DNA of 64,000 bases from an uncultured Hyphomicrobiales bacterium (GCA_964498585.1 CAZCHH010000001.1:35513-99512); one strand, 5' to 3'; positions 30,645 to 41,581 are shown, numbered from the stretch's first letter. A program made the numbers and translations. Notes: a model not told the origin generated them from the sequence alone.

Positions 30645-31574
30645 TCAAGCTCTGGGGTGGAAAGTGCGATGTACTTCTTTAATATACTCTTTGTCAAGAT
30701 GAGTATATATTTGAGTAGTAGAAATGTCTGAATGTCCGAGCATTTCCTGTACTGCCCTTAAATCAGCACCCCCTTCAAGCAGATGAGTAGCAAAGCTATG
30801 ACGAAATATACGCGGGTAGCATTTAATATTTATTCCGGCTTTGTTGGCATAAAAATTTACAATTTTCCAAATACCCATTCTTGTTAAACCTTTTCCTCTT
30901 TGATTTAAGAAAAGTAAATCATCAGTATTAAAAAGTTTTATAAACTGATGCCGAGCTTTAAGAATGTATTGTTCAATCCAATAAATAGCTGATTTTCCTA
31001 TTGGAACTAATCTTTCTTTACTTCCTTTTCCAAAAACTCTTACAATTTCAGCATCTTTTATTATATCTCGCTGTTTAAGGTTACATAGTTCAGATACTCT
31101 AAGTCCACAGGCATAGAGAGTTTCAATAATTGCTCTGTCTCTTATTCCAGCTAAAGTGTCAGTGTTACAGCTTTTCAAAATAGAGTTTATATCTTCTATC
31201 GTAAGCACATCAGGAAGTTTTCTCAATAACTTTGGCATATTTACGGTTTCTGTTGGGTCATTTTCGCAAATATCATTAGTTATATAATATTTATAAAAAC
31301 TTCTTATTGCAGATAAATACCTCGAACGAGATGAAATAGTTAATCCGAGTTTATTTAACTGCTCAATAAATAAAGTAATATGTTCTGATTTCACTGTTTT
31401 AATGCTATTAATTTTTTTAGAAGCAAGAAATTCAGCGAAAACTGTTAAGTCATGATGATAAGAAAGCTTTGTATTGTCAGAAAGTCCCTTTTCCAAAGAT
31501 ATGTGATTAATAAACTGAGAAATATTTTTTAAAATTTCTTTAGGAATATCATAAAAATCTTTTGGATTAGTCAT
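30645..31574 (-). CDS. xerD: Tyrosine site-specific recombinase of the XerC/XerD family. Start chosen at MTNPKDFYD; the longer ORF would overlap pssA by 59 nt.
   Basis: C-terminal catalytic region ...RHSFATHLLEGGADLRAVQEMLGHSDISTTQIYTH (R..H..R..Y tyrosine recombinase motifs). Confidence 0.8.
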   Translation of the reverse strand: MTNPKDFYDIPKEILKNISQFINHISLEKGLSDNTKLSYHHDLTVFAEFLASKKINSIKTVKSEHITLFIEQLNKLGLTISSRSRYLSAIRSFYKYYITNDICENDPTETVNMPKLLRKLPDVLTIEDINSILKSCNTDTLAGIRDRAIIETLYACGLRVSELCNLKQRDIIKDAEIVRVFGKGSKERLVPIGKSAIYWIEQYILKARHQFIKLFNTDDLLFLNQRGKGLTRMGIWKIVNFYANKAGINIKCYPRIFRHSFATHLLEGGADLRAVQEMLGHSDISTTQIYTHLDKEYIKEVHRTFHPRA

Positions 31575-32334
31575 ATCGGCTTGGCTCTTCCTGCTTACTA
31601 TCATCAAAATCATCATCAATTTCATACTTAGTTTTTAACCAAAGGACAAGATGACGAATTGAGCTTCCCAAAAGATAAATAATCATAAAAGGAAGTATCA
31701 AAAATCCCTTTGATATGATTATTGCAATAACAGCAATATTGAAAAAAATAAACTTTAACCTGTTATTTTTTATATATCTTCTGCTGTAACGTGGTAAGTT
31801 GTCAAATTTAATATTTGATACCATTGCAAGAGAAGTAATAAAAGTAATAACAAAAATTGATATTAGTTTTATATCTTCAGATAAAAAATCATCAATATGA
31901 AAGAAAATTATATATGAAAGAATTGTTAAGGCACCAGATGGAATGGGCAAGCCGATAAAATACTTCTTATCTTCAAATGATGTGAGTTTTACATTAAACC
32001 GGGCTAATCGAATAACACCTGCAAGTGCTGGCAATGAAGCTAATAAAATGCCCATATCCTGATATACATAAAAAAATACTTTATAAAGCATAAAACTGGG
32101 AACTACCCCAAAGGAAACGGCATCGCATAATGAATCGAGTTCAACTCCAAATTCACTTGCAGCATTTATTAACCGTGCAACAACTCCATCAAGCATATCG
32201 AAAATTGCAGCAACAAGAACGCAAAGAGCGGCATTTACAAAATCGTCTCTTATTATATAAACTAGTGCAGTAAATCCCATAAAAAGATTTACTAAAGTAA
32301 AAAGATTAGGCACAATAGAACGGGTAATTCTCAT
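31567..32334 (-). CDS. pssA: CDP-diacylglycerol--serine O-phosphatidyltransferase.
   Basis: CDP-alcohol phosphatidyltransferase motif AAIFDMLDGVVARL...G...D; multi-TM. Confidence 0.85.
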   Translation of the reverse strand: MRITRSIVPNLFTLVNLFMGFTALVYIIRDDFVNAALCVLVAAIFDMLDGVVARLINAASEFGVELDSLCDAVSFGVVPSFMLYKVFFYVYQDMGILLASLPALAGVIRLARFNVKLTSFEDKKYFIGLPIPSGALTILSYIIFFHIDDFLSEDIKLISIFVITFITSLAMVSNIKFDNLPRYSRRYIKNNRLKFIFFNIAVIAIIISKGFLILPFMIIYLLGSSIRHLVLWLKTKYEIDDDFDDSKQEEPSRYD

Positions 32335-32337
32335 TTT

Positions 32338-33003
32338 TTAATCCTTTTTTAATTTCCCTATTATTGTTTCACCACCAACCACTTTATCCTTTAGTTTTAT
32401 ATACAATTCAGTATTAAGAGGCAGGAATAAATCAATACGCGAACCAAATTTCATCATACCGAATTTTTGCCCTGCCTTAACAGTATCACCTTTATTTATA
32501 TCCCATACGAGTCGACGTGCCATAATTCCGGTTATTTGCTTAAAAAACAAGCGACCAAATTTAGAATTAATGCAAATGTGGGTTTGTTCATTTAAGTCTG
32601 AAGATTTTGGATGCCAGGCAACTAAATAATCACCGGGATTATATTTGAAATATTCAATAATTCCGTTAACAGGTATCCAATTAACGTGAACATCGAAAGC
32701 AGAAAGGAAAATACTTACTTTTTTGCATTCTTCTTTTAAATAATTTTTTTCATAAGATTCTTCAAGAACAATTATTTTTCCATCAGAAGGAGAGACAATT
32801 AAACTTTCATCATTTTTAACTGCATTTGGTAGTTCTCTCGTTGGATTTCTAAAAAACCAAAAAGTATAAAAAATTATTATAGCAGCAACAGCTAATAGAA
32901 AATAAAAAATCCACCCTTTAAAAAAAATAAATGAAAAAATAATGATTAAAATTGCTATTCCTAAAAGAATCAATATATTACTTAAACCGTACTTTGTTAG
33001 CAT
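32338..33003 (-). CDS. psd: Phosphatidylserine decarboxylase proenzyme (short form).
   Basis: N-terminal TM helices; C-terminal FGMMKFGSRIDLFLP (LGST-like cleavage region) and GGETIIG. Confidence 0.8.
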   Translation of the reverse strand: MLTKYGLSNILILLGIAILIIIFSFIFFKGWIFYFLLAVAAIIIFYTFWFFRNPTRELPNAVKNDESLIVSPSDGKIIVLEESYEKNYLKEECKKVSIFLSAFDVHVNWIPVNGIIEYFKYNPGDYLVAWHPKSSDLNEQTHICINSKFGRLFFKQITGIMARRLVWDINKGDTVKAGQKFGMMKFGSRIDLFLPLNTELYIKLKDKVVGGETIIGKLKKD

Positions 33004-33105
33004 AATTTTTTTTATTTTATTTTTATAAAATATTCTATTTTTTTTGTAAATTAAGAAAATTTAATTAAATAATTGATAAATAGTTTTTATAAAATTGAGG
33101 TTACG

Positions 33106-34326
33106 ATGAACTTCACAATAACATTACCTGATATACAGAAAGCACTGCTAAAGACAATACCAGCGCTTCCTCGCAAGTCAACAATTCCGGTTTTAGAACA
33201 CATCCATTTTTCTGCTAAGGATAATGTGCTAAGCATTATTGCATCTGACCAAGATATGACAATTATGACAAAAGTTGATGTAACTTGTGAAGAAGAAGGT
33301 GAGGTTCTTGTTCCGGGTAAAAGATTTAACGACATTATCCGGGCATTAGGAAATACTGGTGCTATGGAATTCAAATCTGATAACGAAACTTTCAACATTC
33401 AAATTCAAACAACATTTGGCAAGTATAAGATGAAAGGTATAGACCCAAATGAATATCTTACTTTGCCAGAGTTGTTTAAATCTGAAAAGCCAAAAATTAA
33501 TATTGATAAAACCGCTGAAGTAGTTGAAACTATTAATGATGGTCTCATTTCTGAAGAAAGCGAAGAAAAACCACCTGTTATTTATCTAAGAAAAGATGAA
33601 ATATGCTATTTAACAGAAAAAACTTCTTATGCTGTTTCTAATGACGAATATCGTCCTGCAATGAATGGCGTTCTTTTCCAATTCAGAGGGTCTTTTATTA
33701 ATTCTGTTGCTACCGATAGCTATCGTTTAGTAAAAGCAAGTATCTCTCCTGAACAGCAGAATTTACCTGAAGAGATGGACATTATATTTTCTGCCCGAAC
33801 TGCTGATTTATTAAAAAAGTCTGAAAATGATGTTATTATTTCATTTGTTGATACACGAAATAAAATTACTCATGCCCGCTTCGATACTGAAAATACTGTT
33901 ATTGTTTCAAGGATTATTGATGAAAAATTCCCACCTTATGAAACAGTTATTCCGATAAATAATACCTTATTTATAAAGTTTAGTAAAACAGAACTGCTAA
34001 ATACAGTAAAACGTATTTCAATTTTTGCAAATCAAATCAATCATCAAATTAAGATGAAACTAAGTGCAGACGATATTATTATCGGTGCAGAAGATGACGA
34101 TACTGCTTCAAGCGGTTTTGAATCTATTAATGGTGAATTCAACGGAGAACCATTGGAAATTGGATTTAATCATAGATTATTGGAAGAATTAATTCAATAT
34201 ATTGATACCGGAGATGAGGATAGAATTAGATTTGAATTCTCCGAACAAAGCAAAGCAGTACTAATAAAAGCTGACGATGACAGCGATAATTTAATTATGA
34301 TTATTATGCCATCGCGAACTAAATAA
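33106..34326 (+). CDS. dnaN: DNA polymerase III beta sliding clamp. Start at the ATG with a GAGG ribosome-binding site (the ORF track begins at an upstream TTG).
   Basis: MNFTITLPDIQKALLKTIPALPRKSTIPVLEHIHFSAKDNVLSIIASD.. is the typical DnaN N-domain; three-domain length. Confidence 0.85.
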   Translation: MNFTITLPDIQKALLKTIPALPRKSTIPVLEHIHFSAKDNVLSIIASDQDMTIMTKVDVTCEEEGEVLVPGKRFNDIIRALGNTGAMEFKSDNETFNIQIQTTFGKYKMKGIDPNEYLTLPELFKSEKPKINIDKTAEVVETINDGLISEESEEKPPVIYLRKDEICYLTEKTSYAVSNDEYRPAMNGVLFQFRGSFINSVATDSYRLVKASISPEQQNLPEEMDIIFSARTADLLKKSENDVIISFVDTRNKITHARFDTENTVIVSRIIDEKFPPYETVIPINNTLFIKFSKTELLNTVKRISIFANQINHQIKMKLSADDIIIGAEDDDTASSGFESINGEFNGEPLEIGFNHRLLEELIQYIDTGDEDRIRFEFSEQSKAVLIKADDDSDNLIMIIMPSRTK

Positions 34327-34364
34327 TTTTTCTCATTTTTCTGATACTATTTACCCACACACAA

Positions 34365-34392
34365 CGCCCCCTCTCTAATCGAGGGGGTTTTA
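34365..34392 (+). terminator. Intrinsic terminator after dnaN.
   Basis: gccccctc-tctaatc-gagggggtttt: a GC-rich 8-bp stem followed by a T-tract. Confidence 0.75.
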
Positions 34393-34413
34393 AATTCTAT
34401 TCAGGTTATCATT

Positions 34414-35481
34414 ATGGAAAAGAATAATTACCCTGAGTATATTGAAAGAACATACACTTTCAAAGTGCCGGCAGGTCAAAAATCTGAACGGTTAGACACT
34501 TATTTAAAACGTTCTGTTGAAAATGCCTCACGCACTAAAATTCAAAAAGCTATTGATGATAACAGAGTTCTAATTAATGGACGCTTTGTCAAATCAAGTA
34601 AAAAAATACAACCCAATGATATTATTATTTGCAAAATTTTAAAACCACCTCCACTAGAACTTGTTCCTGAAGATATTCCTTTAGACATTCTTTTTGAAGA
34701 TGAATTCTTGCTTGTGTTAAACAAAACGGCTGGTATGGTAACTCATCCCGGTTTCGGTAACAGGTATGGCACTTTAGTAAATGCTCTTCTTTATCATTTC
34801 GGTTTGAGAGATGCAATTTCTCTGGAATTCGATGACGACGAAGATGATGATACTATTGACGAAAGCACTTTGTTTTTAAAAGATGAAATACGTCCCGGAA
34901 TTGTCCATCGACTTGATAAAGATACTTCCGGCTTGCTTGTGATTGCTAAAAATTCTAATACTCATTCACTTCTTGCTGAACAATTCCATAATAGAACTAT
35001 TGATAGAAAATACAGAGCATTAGTTTGGGGAAATGTTAAAGATGATAATGGAAGAATAACAGGCGATATTGGAAGGTCACCAAACAATAGAAAATTATTT
35101 GCTGTTGTTAGAAAATGTGGAAAATCAGCTGTTACTGATTATCAAGTGTTAAAAAGATATGATTTCCTTACACTATTAGAATTAAAACTTTGGACTGGCA
35201 GAACTCATCAAATACGTGTTCATCTTTCAAACATTCACCACTCTGTATTTGGTGATAATTCCTATGGAGGAGATACGATAGTTTATTCTGGCAATGTGCC
35301 TAAAAAAAGAAAAATTGCTGAAGAGTGTTTGAAAATTGCAAAAAGGCAAATGCTTCATGCTGCTATTCTTGGATTTATCCATCCAAATACCAATGAAAAG
35401 ATGTATTTCGAATGTAATGTTCCAGATGATTTTAAAAGTATTTTAGATATATTAGAAAATTCTTTCCTTGTAAATGATTAA
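34414..35481 (+). CDS. rluD: RluA-family 23S rRNA pseudouridine synthase (RluD-like), with an S4 domain and an acidic insert.
   Basis: S4 motif RLDTYLKRSVENASRTKIQKAIDDNRVLINGRFVK; catalytic HRLDKDTSGLLVIAKN. Confidence 0.85.
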   Translation: MEKNNYPEYIERTYTFKVPAGQKSERLDTYLKRSVENASRTKIQKAIDDNRVLINGRFVKSSKKIQPNDIIICKILKPPPLELVPEDIPLDILFEDEFLLVLNKTAGMVTHPGFGNRYGTLVNALLYHFGLRDAISLEFDDDEDDDTIDESTLFLKDEIRPGIVHRLDKDTSGLLVIAKNSNTHSLLAEQFHNRTIDRKYRALVWGNVKDDNGRITGDIGRSPNNRKLFAVVRKCGKSAVTDYQVLKRYDFLTLLELKLWTGRTHQIRVHLSNIHHSVFGDNSYGGDTIVYSGNVPKKRKIAEECLKIAKRQMLHAAILGFIHPNTNEKMYFECNVPDDFKSILDILENSFLVND

Positions 35482-35496
35482 TTTTTTCAAACCTAA

Positions 35497-35597
35497 AATG
35501 AAGCAAGTACTTTACATAAATAAAGATGACATAACTATTTGTTTTTGTAAAACACTAAAAATTATGTCATCTCCATTTTTATAAAGCAAGTGCATAG
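35497..35597. repeat. Mini MITE-like element: two inverted copies of the TIR core (aaatgaagcaagtactt..aagatgacat / atgtcatctccattt..aaagcaagtgcat) separated by ~30 bp.
   Basis: Matches the TIRs of the complete element at 46338..46763. Confidence 0.55.
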
Positions 35598-35700
35598 TTT
35601 GGGATTTTGAAATGAAACAAAAATTTTAAATCATCAATTAAATATCCCACTAATGACATTGACTAAATCAATAAGAATTATCAAACCCAATAGCTAATTG

Positions 35701-38052
35701 CTACTTCACAATCACGAATTTTTGAATCGAGCTGCTTTTCCCGGTATTTAAAATGCAATAGTAAATTCCAGATTGATACTGCTTTGCGTCTAAAATAATC
35801 TTATCATTTCCGTTTAATTTGCTTTCATAAACAATTTCGCCAATATTATTTAAAATTTTTAAATTTGCAAACGGTTCGTATATTTGATTATATTTAATGG
35901 TTATGAAATCATTAGCCGGATTTGGCGAAATAGTAAACTGAGGATTTTCAATAATACTATTTTCTATTGATGAAAATTCAGCATCTTTAATCAGTTCAAT
36001 GTCAGATTCTATAAATTGAAAGAAATTTGTAGAATTATGGTTTGAAAAAACAGCATACCATTTTCCAGCATTTGGTAGTGTAATCTTTACATCTCCACCT
36101 TCAGTAAGCTGCTCAAAGGAGTATGCAGTAAATTCATTTTTACTTTTGAATTTTTCAAAATTAGAACTATCACAAAGAAAGAATGAAATTTCACCTTTGT
36201 TTTCTTCATTCCATTTATAAAATCTGCTTTTTTGACTATCGCGATTATTAGCAGCAGTAAGAATATCTATCACATTCCATTTTAAATGAATTCCGTAATC
36301 GGCAGATTCAGGTGGATTTAGGTTTTCTGGTTCTAAAGGTTGTATTTTTATATTTTGATATGGAATTATCACATTATACGTAGAGTTTGCAGTAGTATAA
36401 TTACTAGTTAAATAAAAAGCTTTTGTAGAATCTAAAGGTGCCCATCTATATTTGGGATGGAAAATCTGAACTAAATAAATCTTTTTTTCTCCAGCTTTAA
36501 ATTTTGCATTACCATTAAAATCTGTCCAAATCGTACCTGCTTGAGCAGGATTAGTGCTGTATGCACTAGGTCCAGCATAAATTATTAGTTTTGCTCCTTC
36601 AATAGGAATGCCGAGAGTATCAGTAACGCTAACATTGAAATTGCAGGTATTTGCATAATTTTCTATTAAATTTATTGGAAAGCCGTCTGGACGGAAACCT
36701 TCAACCAAGGCATCATCCCATCCATAGCTTCCTCCTTCCATCATATTGGTTATTCCATAAGCGGAATTACCGTTTGGTTGCAAACCACCACGGAAAAACT
36801 CATAATGATTCCAGCCCTCATCATAAAAAGCACCAAAAACGTGGTCCATACTCCAGGTTCCAAGATAAATAATAGGAATAAGGGCGGTTCTGCAGGCAGC
36901 AGCAATTAAAAAAGCATCTTCATTGCACATTCCATTATGCTTCATTAAAATCTGATTCGGCTGAAAACTGCGTGGAAGAGTAACGTCAACTGGCAAAGCA
37001 CGAGATGCCCAATTCCCAATGACATCTAAAGCGTGGTTTGTTGGTAAAAATGGTCTTCCAAAAGGAAAATATGTTTTATCCCTGTCCCAAAGAATTTTCG
37101 GCTGCTTCATCATTTCGCCAAAACGCTGAATAGAATCTACCGTTCCCTTTGATGTTGTAATGTTGACTGGTTGATAGTTATAATTTGCATCGGGATTGCT
37201 CCAAATGTAGTGTCTCCACTCGTAACCGTAAGTTCTTTGCTCCTGACTGCCAGTATTGTCTTTTACATAAACACCTTCCTGGTCTAATTTAGGATGAACA
37301 ACATAAAAGTAGTAAATTTCCTTCGGCACTTCAGACCAAATAGTATCGTTTTGCTGTGGGTCGAAAATGCGGTATTTCGTTGTTGTATAATAATCCCTTG
37401 CTTCAAAAGAGCCATATTCAACTTTATCAACATATTGGAGGGAATCATCAACATTGTAAATCATCTGAGCATTTCTCAAAATCATTTCCTTATCGCTTAA
37501 AAATCTTGAATCAGTAAGTGATTGAAAAGACATATATGCAATGACAAAGGCAACTTCGTCTTTTTGTTCTACTGGCGCATCAAGAATTAATTGAGCAAAA
37601 TCGTCATCTAAACTCCTTGATGCAAGTAATCTTAACTTATATTCTAATTGATTTTCAAGCCAAAGCGGAACGATTTGCAAAGCATTTTGAGCAGTTTCAG
37701 AAAGTGAAAATACCGGCTCTAAATATTCTACTGATTCATCGCGGGTATCGATAACATAAGCAGAATATTCACCATTTTGCAACAATGAATTTTTGCCCAT
37801 TGTTTTTAAAACATCATTTTTTTGCAAAAAATTATAATACTCTCTTTTATTATCAAGAAAGACTGGTTTAATATATTTTGGCTGAATATTATGATTTGGC
37901 AATGGGATTGCCTGAATTATTATTTCCTCTTGATTTATTGAAGCAGTTCCTTTTTGTTCAGTTTTTTCAATATTTATAACTGGCTGAGAAATTGCAAAAT
38001 AATTTAAAACACAAAAACTGATTATTATAATGCATAGATTAATTTTTTTCAT
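35701..38052 (-). CDS. Secreted transglutaminase-like (Cys-His-Asp) domain protein with a T9SS C-terminal sorting domain.
   Basis: GMCNEDAFLIAAACRTALIPI (transglutaminase-core G.C..[FY]A...R..GIP pattern), followed by WSMDHVFGAFYDEGWNHYE. C-terminal PQFTISPNPANDFITIKYN...KFVIVK. Confidence 0.6.
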   Translation of the reverse strand: MKKINLCIIIISFCVLNYFAISQPVINIEKTEQKGTASINQEEIIIQAIPLPNHNIQPKYIKPVFLDNKREYYNFLQKNDVLKTMGKNSLLQNGEYSAYVIDTRDESVEYLEPVFSLSETAQNALQIVPLWLENQLEYKLRLLASRSLDDDFAQLILDAPVEQKDEVAFVIAYMSFQSLTDSRFLSDKEMILRNAQMIYNVDDSLQYVDKVEYGSFEARDYYTTTKYRIFDPQQNDTIWSEVPKEIYYFYVVHPKLDQEGVYVKDNTGSQEQRTYGYEWRHYIWSNPDANYNYQPVNITTSKGTVDSIQRFGEMMKQPKILWDRDKTYFPFGRPFLPTNHALDVIGNWASRALPVDVTLPRSFQPNQILMKHNGMCNEDAFLIAAACRTALIPIIYLGTWSMDHVFGAFYDEGWNHYEFFRGGLQPNGNSAYGITNMMEGGSYGWDDALVEGFRPDGFPINLIENYANTCNFNVSVTDTLGIPIEGAKLIIYAGPSAYSTNPAQAGTIWTDFNGNAKFKAGEKKIYLVQIFHPKYRWAPLDSTKAFYLTSNYTTANSTYNVIIPYQNIKIQPLEPENLNPPESADYGIHLKWNVIDILTAANNRDSQKSRFYKWNEENKGEISFFLCDSSNFEKFKSKNEFTAYSFEQLTEGGDVKITLPNAGKWYAVFSNHNSTNFFQFIESDIELIKDAEFSSIENSIIENPQFTISPNPANDFITIKYNQIYEPFANLKILNNIGEIVYESKLNGNDKIILDAKQYQSGIYYCILNTGKSSSIQKFVIVK

Positions 38053-38244
38053 ATTTTCTCCTATTTTATGAAATATTTTTTATTCAATTTCAATATTGAA
38101 TAAAGTTAATTATATTAAAATACAATTTTTACGTTATTCTACCAAAATATATTCAGAAAAAGTTTTACAATTTAAGTCCTTTATTTTTCATAAAATTTAA
38201 TATACAATTTTTTCATTTTGAACCTAATGATAAAGTAAGACCTT

Positions 38245-38456
38245 TATTTAAATGGAGATGACATCACTAAATGTGTCATTCTGACGAATGTCAAAATCCA
38301 TCTTATTATTGTTAACTGCTATTGAATTTTTTCTATTTCACTGAAGCATTTGGGCTTGCCCAAATGTAACTAAAAAGTGAGCAAGCTCACTTGCTTTTCA
38401 AAGATGGATTCTGGCATACGCCTGTTTGACAAGAAAAGATGTTATTGGTAACACGA
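38245..38456. repeat. Truncated copy of the MITE-like element, carrying the inner TIR part plus internal modules (cattctgacgaatgtca hairpin, gcatttgggcttgcccaaatg palindrome, aagatggattctggcatac, gacaagaaaagatgt.attgg.aac).
   Basis: Module-by-module match to 46381..46640. Confidence 0.65.
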
Positions 38457-38676
38457 AGTACTGGACATTATGTTATTTATAATGCACTACTACTTTATAT
38501 CCATTGATATTATCAATTAGGAAAGATAAGTACATAACGAATGGCATATAACCAATAACCACCAAAGTGCTGGTCGCTAAAAGTTGTTAGCAAATAACCT
38601 GCTGAAATCTAAATAAATTTGTAAATGTAAATAAAACTTTGTATTTTTCATTATGTTAAAATTATGATTGAAAAAT

Positions 38677-39492
38677 ATGAAAAAAACTAAAATATTATGC
38701 TGGAATATTAATGGATACCGCTCTATTGTAGGACAGAATCCAAGCAAGAAATATGATACAATAAGCAGAGAAAACAAACTCTTTGCTTTTATCGAAAAAG
38801 AGAAGCCGGATATTGTTTGTATGCAGGAAACCAAGGCAGATTTATCTCAAATAAATGAAGATTTGAGGCAGCCAGCGGGATATACATCGTTTTATAACTC
38901 AAGCAAAACAAAAAAGGGCTATAGTGGAGTAGCTATTTTTACAAAGGAACAACCGAAGCAGGTAATTGATAGTATTGGAATTGAACGCTTCGATATTGAA
39001 GGACGTTTTCTTCAGGCGGATTATGATGGATTTTCGCTCCTAAATATCTATTTTCCTAAAGGATATGCGGATAATGAACGTTTAGATTATAAACTTGAGT
39101 TTTATGATGCTGTTTTTGAATATTTAGAGAAATTGAAAAGGACTCAAAAGAATATTATAATAACTGGCGATTATAATACTGCCCATAAAGAAATTGACCT
39201 TGCAAGACCTAACGAAAACGTGGGTACATCTGGTTTCATACCTGTTGAACGTGAGAAATTAGATGTCCTCGTGGAAAAAGGATTTTTAGATGCTTTTCGG
39301 CTTTTCACTTCTGATGGTGATAATTACACCTGGTGGAGCCAGCGTGGACGTGCAAGAGAAAATAATGTCGGCTGGCGTATTGATTATTTCTTTATTTCTG
39401 AAAATCTAAAAAACAATGTGAAAAATTGCTATCTGCTCCCGGAAATTCAAGGTTCAGACCATTGCCCGCTTATTTTGGAATTGGGGAAATAA
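38677..39492 (+). CDS. xth: Exodeoxyribonuclease III.
   Basis: MKKTKILCWNINGYRS.. N-terminus; EEP-fold motifs VCMQETK, GDYNTAH, and the C-terminal SDHCP. Confidence 0.9.
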   Translation: MKKTKILCWNINGYRSIVGQNPSKKYDTISRENKLFAFIEKEKPDIVCMQETKADLSQINEDLRQPAGYTSFYNSSKTKKGYSGVAIFTKEQPKQVIDSIGIERFDIEGRFLQADYDGFSLLNIYFPKGYADNERLDYKLEFYDAVFEYLEKLKRTQKNIIITGDYNTAHKEIDLARPNENVGTSGFIPVEREKLDVLVEKGFLDAFRLFTSDGDNYTWWSQRGRARENNVGWRIDYFFISENLKNNVKNCYLLPEIQGSDHCPLILELGK

Positions 39493-39507
39493 ATCAATGA
39501 ATAGTTT

Positions 39508-39538
39508 TCTCCTTCCCAAGTTGAACTTGGGAAGGAGA
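39508..39538. terminator. 13-bp-stem hairpin (tctccttcccaag-ttgaa-cttgggaaggaga) between the convergent xth and BNR genes. Likely a bidirectional terminator or REP-like element; a second copy is at 53851..53880.
   Basis: Perfect inverted repeat; it recurs after the acylphosphatase gene. Confidence 0.5.
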
Positions 39539-39547
39539 TTGAAAAAC

Positions 39548-40942
39548 TTATTCTGATTTAATCAGTTTCGTTGCTGTTCGTTGGTTGTTTGCATTTGTAA
39601 TTATGTAATACATACCCTTAGGCAAACATGATATATCAATTAGTTGTGAACATTCGCCTGCTTCTGAAAAACAATTTATTGCTGGTAACGCAGAATTGCC
39701 CAATATATCAAATATTTCGATTTTAAATGACTGCGGATAATTCAAATTAATTTTATATTCAAATTTGCTTGATGCCGGATTTGGATAAACTTGAGAAGAG
39801 TTAATATTTTCTAATTCTTCTTCAACACTTGAAAACCCATCTTCATCATATTTAAAGACTTTACCATCAAAAGTGCTTATCATAAATTTTCTTGGAGTAG
39901 GAAATGTTAAATATGTTACCATACTAATGATATCATCTAAAATAAAAGATGAATCCTGTATCCATGTTTCACCACCATCAGTAGTATAAACTAACAAAAG
40001 ACTTCTACTCGGGCACATTCCTTTAAATGAATCTGCAAATTCAATACTTAAAAGTACATGAGGAGGGTCAAAACGTTTATCTAACTTTTTTAGCCATGTT
40101 TTTCCACCATCAGTAGTTTTTAGTATTATATTGTCTCCAATCTGTGAATATATAGAATCTGGACGGAATAAAGTCATCCAGCCAACTTTATCATTTAAGA
40201 AAAAGTATGTTTCAGGGCTTTCACGATTTTTAGTTTTAACTATAGGATAATGATTCCAAGTCTTTCCCTTGTCTTCTGAACGGCAAAAATAAAAAAACAT
40301 TGAATCTAAATTATGAGATATACATGTTATTACTGAATCTGACAGTATTTTGGGCTGTATTTTAATATCAAAATTTGGTTGATTTTCAAGCACTGACCAA
40401 GTTGAACCAAAGTCAGTTGACTGAGTTAAAACAATAGTATCCTGCTCAGATAAATATGTATGTGCAATTCCAAATCCATTCTTATCAAAATCAAATGGGC
40501 CTAATACACAATTCATATTAGTTCTTAAAGTATCCCAGGTTAAGCCGCCGTCTAAAGTCCTTTGAATATCATCATCTTGAGAAGAAATTATTATAAAATC
40601 CGGAGATGGAAATGAATATGCAAGAACATTTCCATATTTATTTACAATTCCATTATCTAAAACAATTTTCCAATTCATACCACCATCAGTAGTTTTAAAA
40701 ATAAAAGCACCTTTACCAACACAGCAAAATAATGCACAGTTTAATGAATCTACACATTCTAATTTAGTTGCTGTTAAATACTGTTTTAAGCTTTCAGGAT
40801 AAGTTAGCGTATCTGGGTCGAAGTATTCTCTAACATTAAAAACCTGTTTCCAGTTTTCTTTTTTCCAATTACCGAATTCCTGAGAGTTTAAAAAAGAAGA
40901 AAAGCATAGAAAAAATAAAATAAACAGAAATATTTTTTTCAT
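39548..40942 (-). CDS. Secreted BNR/Asp-box repeat protein with a T9SS C-terminal sorting domain.
   Basis: Asp-boxes TDGGMNW, TLDGGLTW, STDFGSTW, SEDKGKTW, TTDGGKTW, TTDGGETW; C-terminal VYPNPASSKFEYKINL... Confidence 0.75.
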   Translation of the reverse strand: MKKIFLFILFFLCFSSFLNSQEFGNWKKENWKQVFNVREYFDPDTLTYPESLKQYLTATKLECVDSLNCALFCCVGKGAFIFKTTDGGMNWKIVLDNGIVNKYGNVLAYSFPSPDFIIISSQDDDIQRTLDGGLTWDTLRTNMNCVLGPFDFDKNGFGIAHTYLSEQDTIVLTQSTDFGSTWSVLENQPNFDIKIQPKILSDSVITCISHNLDSMFFYFCRSEDKGKTWNHYPIVKTKNRESPETYFFLNDKVGWMTLFRPDSIYSQIGDNIILKTTDGGKTWLKKLDKRFDPPHVLLSIEFADSFKGMCPSRSLLLVYTTDGGETWIQDSSFILDDIISMVTYLTFPTPRKFMISTFDGKVFKYDEDGFSSVEEELENINSSQVYPNPASSKFEYKINLNYPQSFKIEIFDILGNSALPAINCFSEAGECSQLIDISCLPKGMYYIITNANNQRTATKLIKSE

Positions 40943-41423
40943 TGTTTAAAACCTCAAATTGTTAATAATAATTAAGTTATAAAATATCTTTCAATCTGTA
41001 TTTGAATAAAGTATTTTTCTTATAATTGAAAAAAGGACTTCCTGCCTTTTAAAAATTAACTTTGTAAAATAATCTGTTATTATATTAAGAAAATTTTTTT
41101 AAAAATGCAAGAAAATTATAAAATTTAGAATAATGAGTTGAATTTTTATTAACCAGAATAATACATCTGATAAAAGTATGAGAAGAAATACATTGAAATA
41201 CTACTTTTACTATTTGTTATTTAGTATTTTCAAAGCACTTAATTAATCATAACCAGACAATAGTTTCAGTTAGAAATGTATTTCACCTTAACAAATATCT
41301 TGTATTATTCATAAATTTAAGGAATATTTTCAGTAGTAATTGATAATAAATAGTTTGCTAAAAATACTGTAAAAAACTAAGTTTTTTTCGCTAATTTTTA
41401 TTAAATTCTAATATCGTTACTGA

Positions 41424-41466
41424 ATCTATTCATCCGATGACTGGGAAGTCATCGGATGAATTATTC
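41424..41466. repeat. Perfect 13-bp-stem palindrome ttcatccgatgac-tgggaa-gtcatcggatgaa, a member of the GATGAC hairpin family.
   Basis: Direct reading; related to 1849..1873 and 30508..30547. Confidence 0.65.
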
Positions 41467-41581
41467 AGGATATAGTATATTTAAAAAAATTCCAGCGTTA
41501 ATAACAAAAAAATTGGTATTATTTTTGCAATAAAACAGAAGAAATTAGTATTTTTGAGAATGTTAAGTTGGGGAAATACAG

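Noticed and set aside
33004-33105. Replication origin next to dnaN.
   Set aside because: There is no dnaA and no cluster of DnaA boxes; only one near-match (TTACCCACA) occurs downstream at ~34350.
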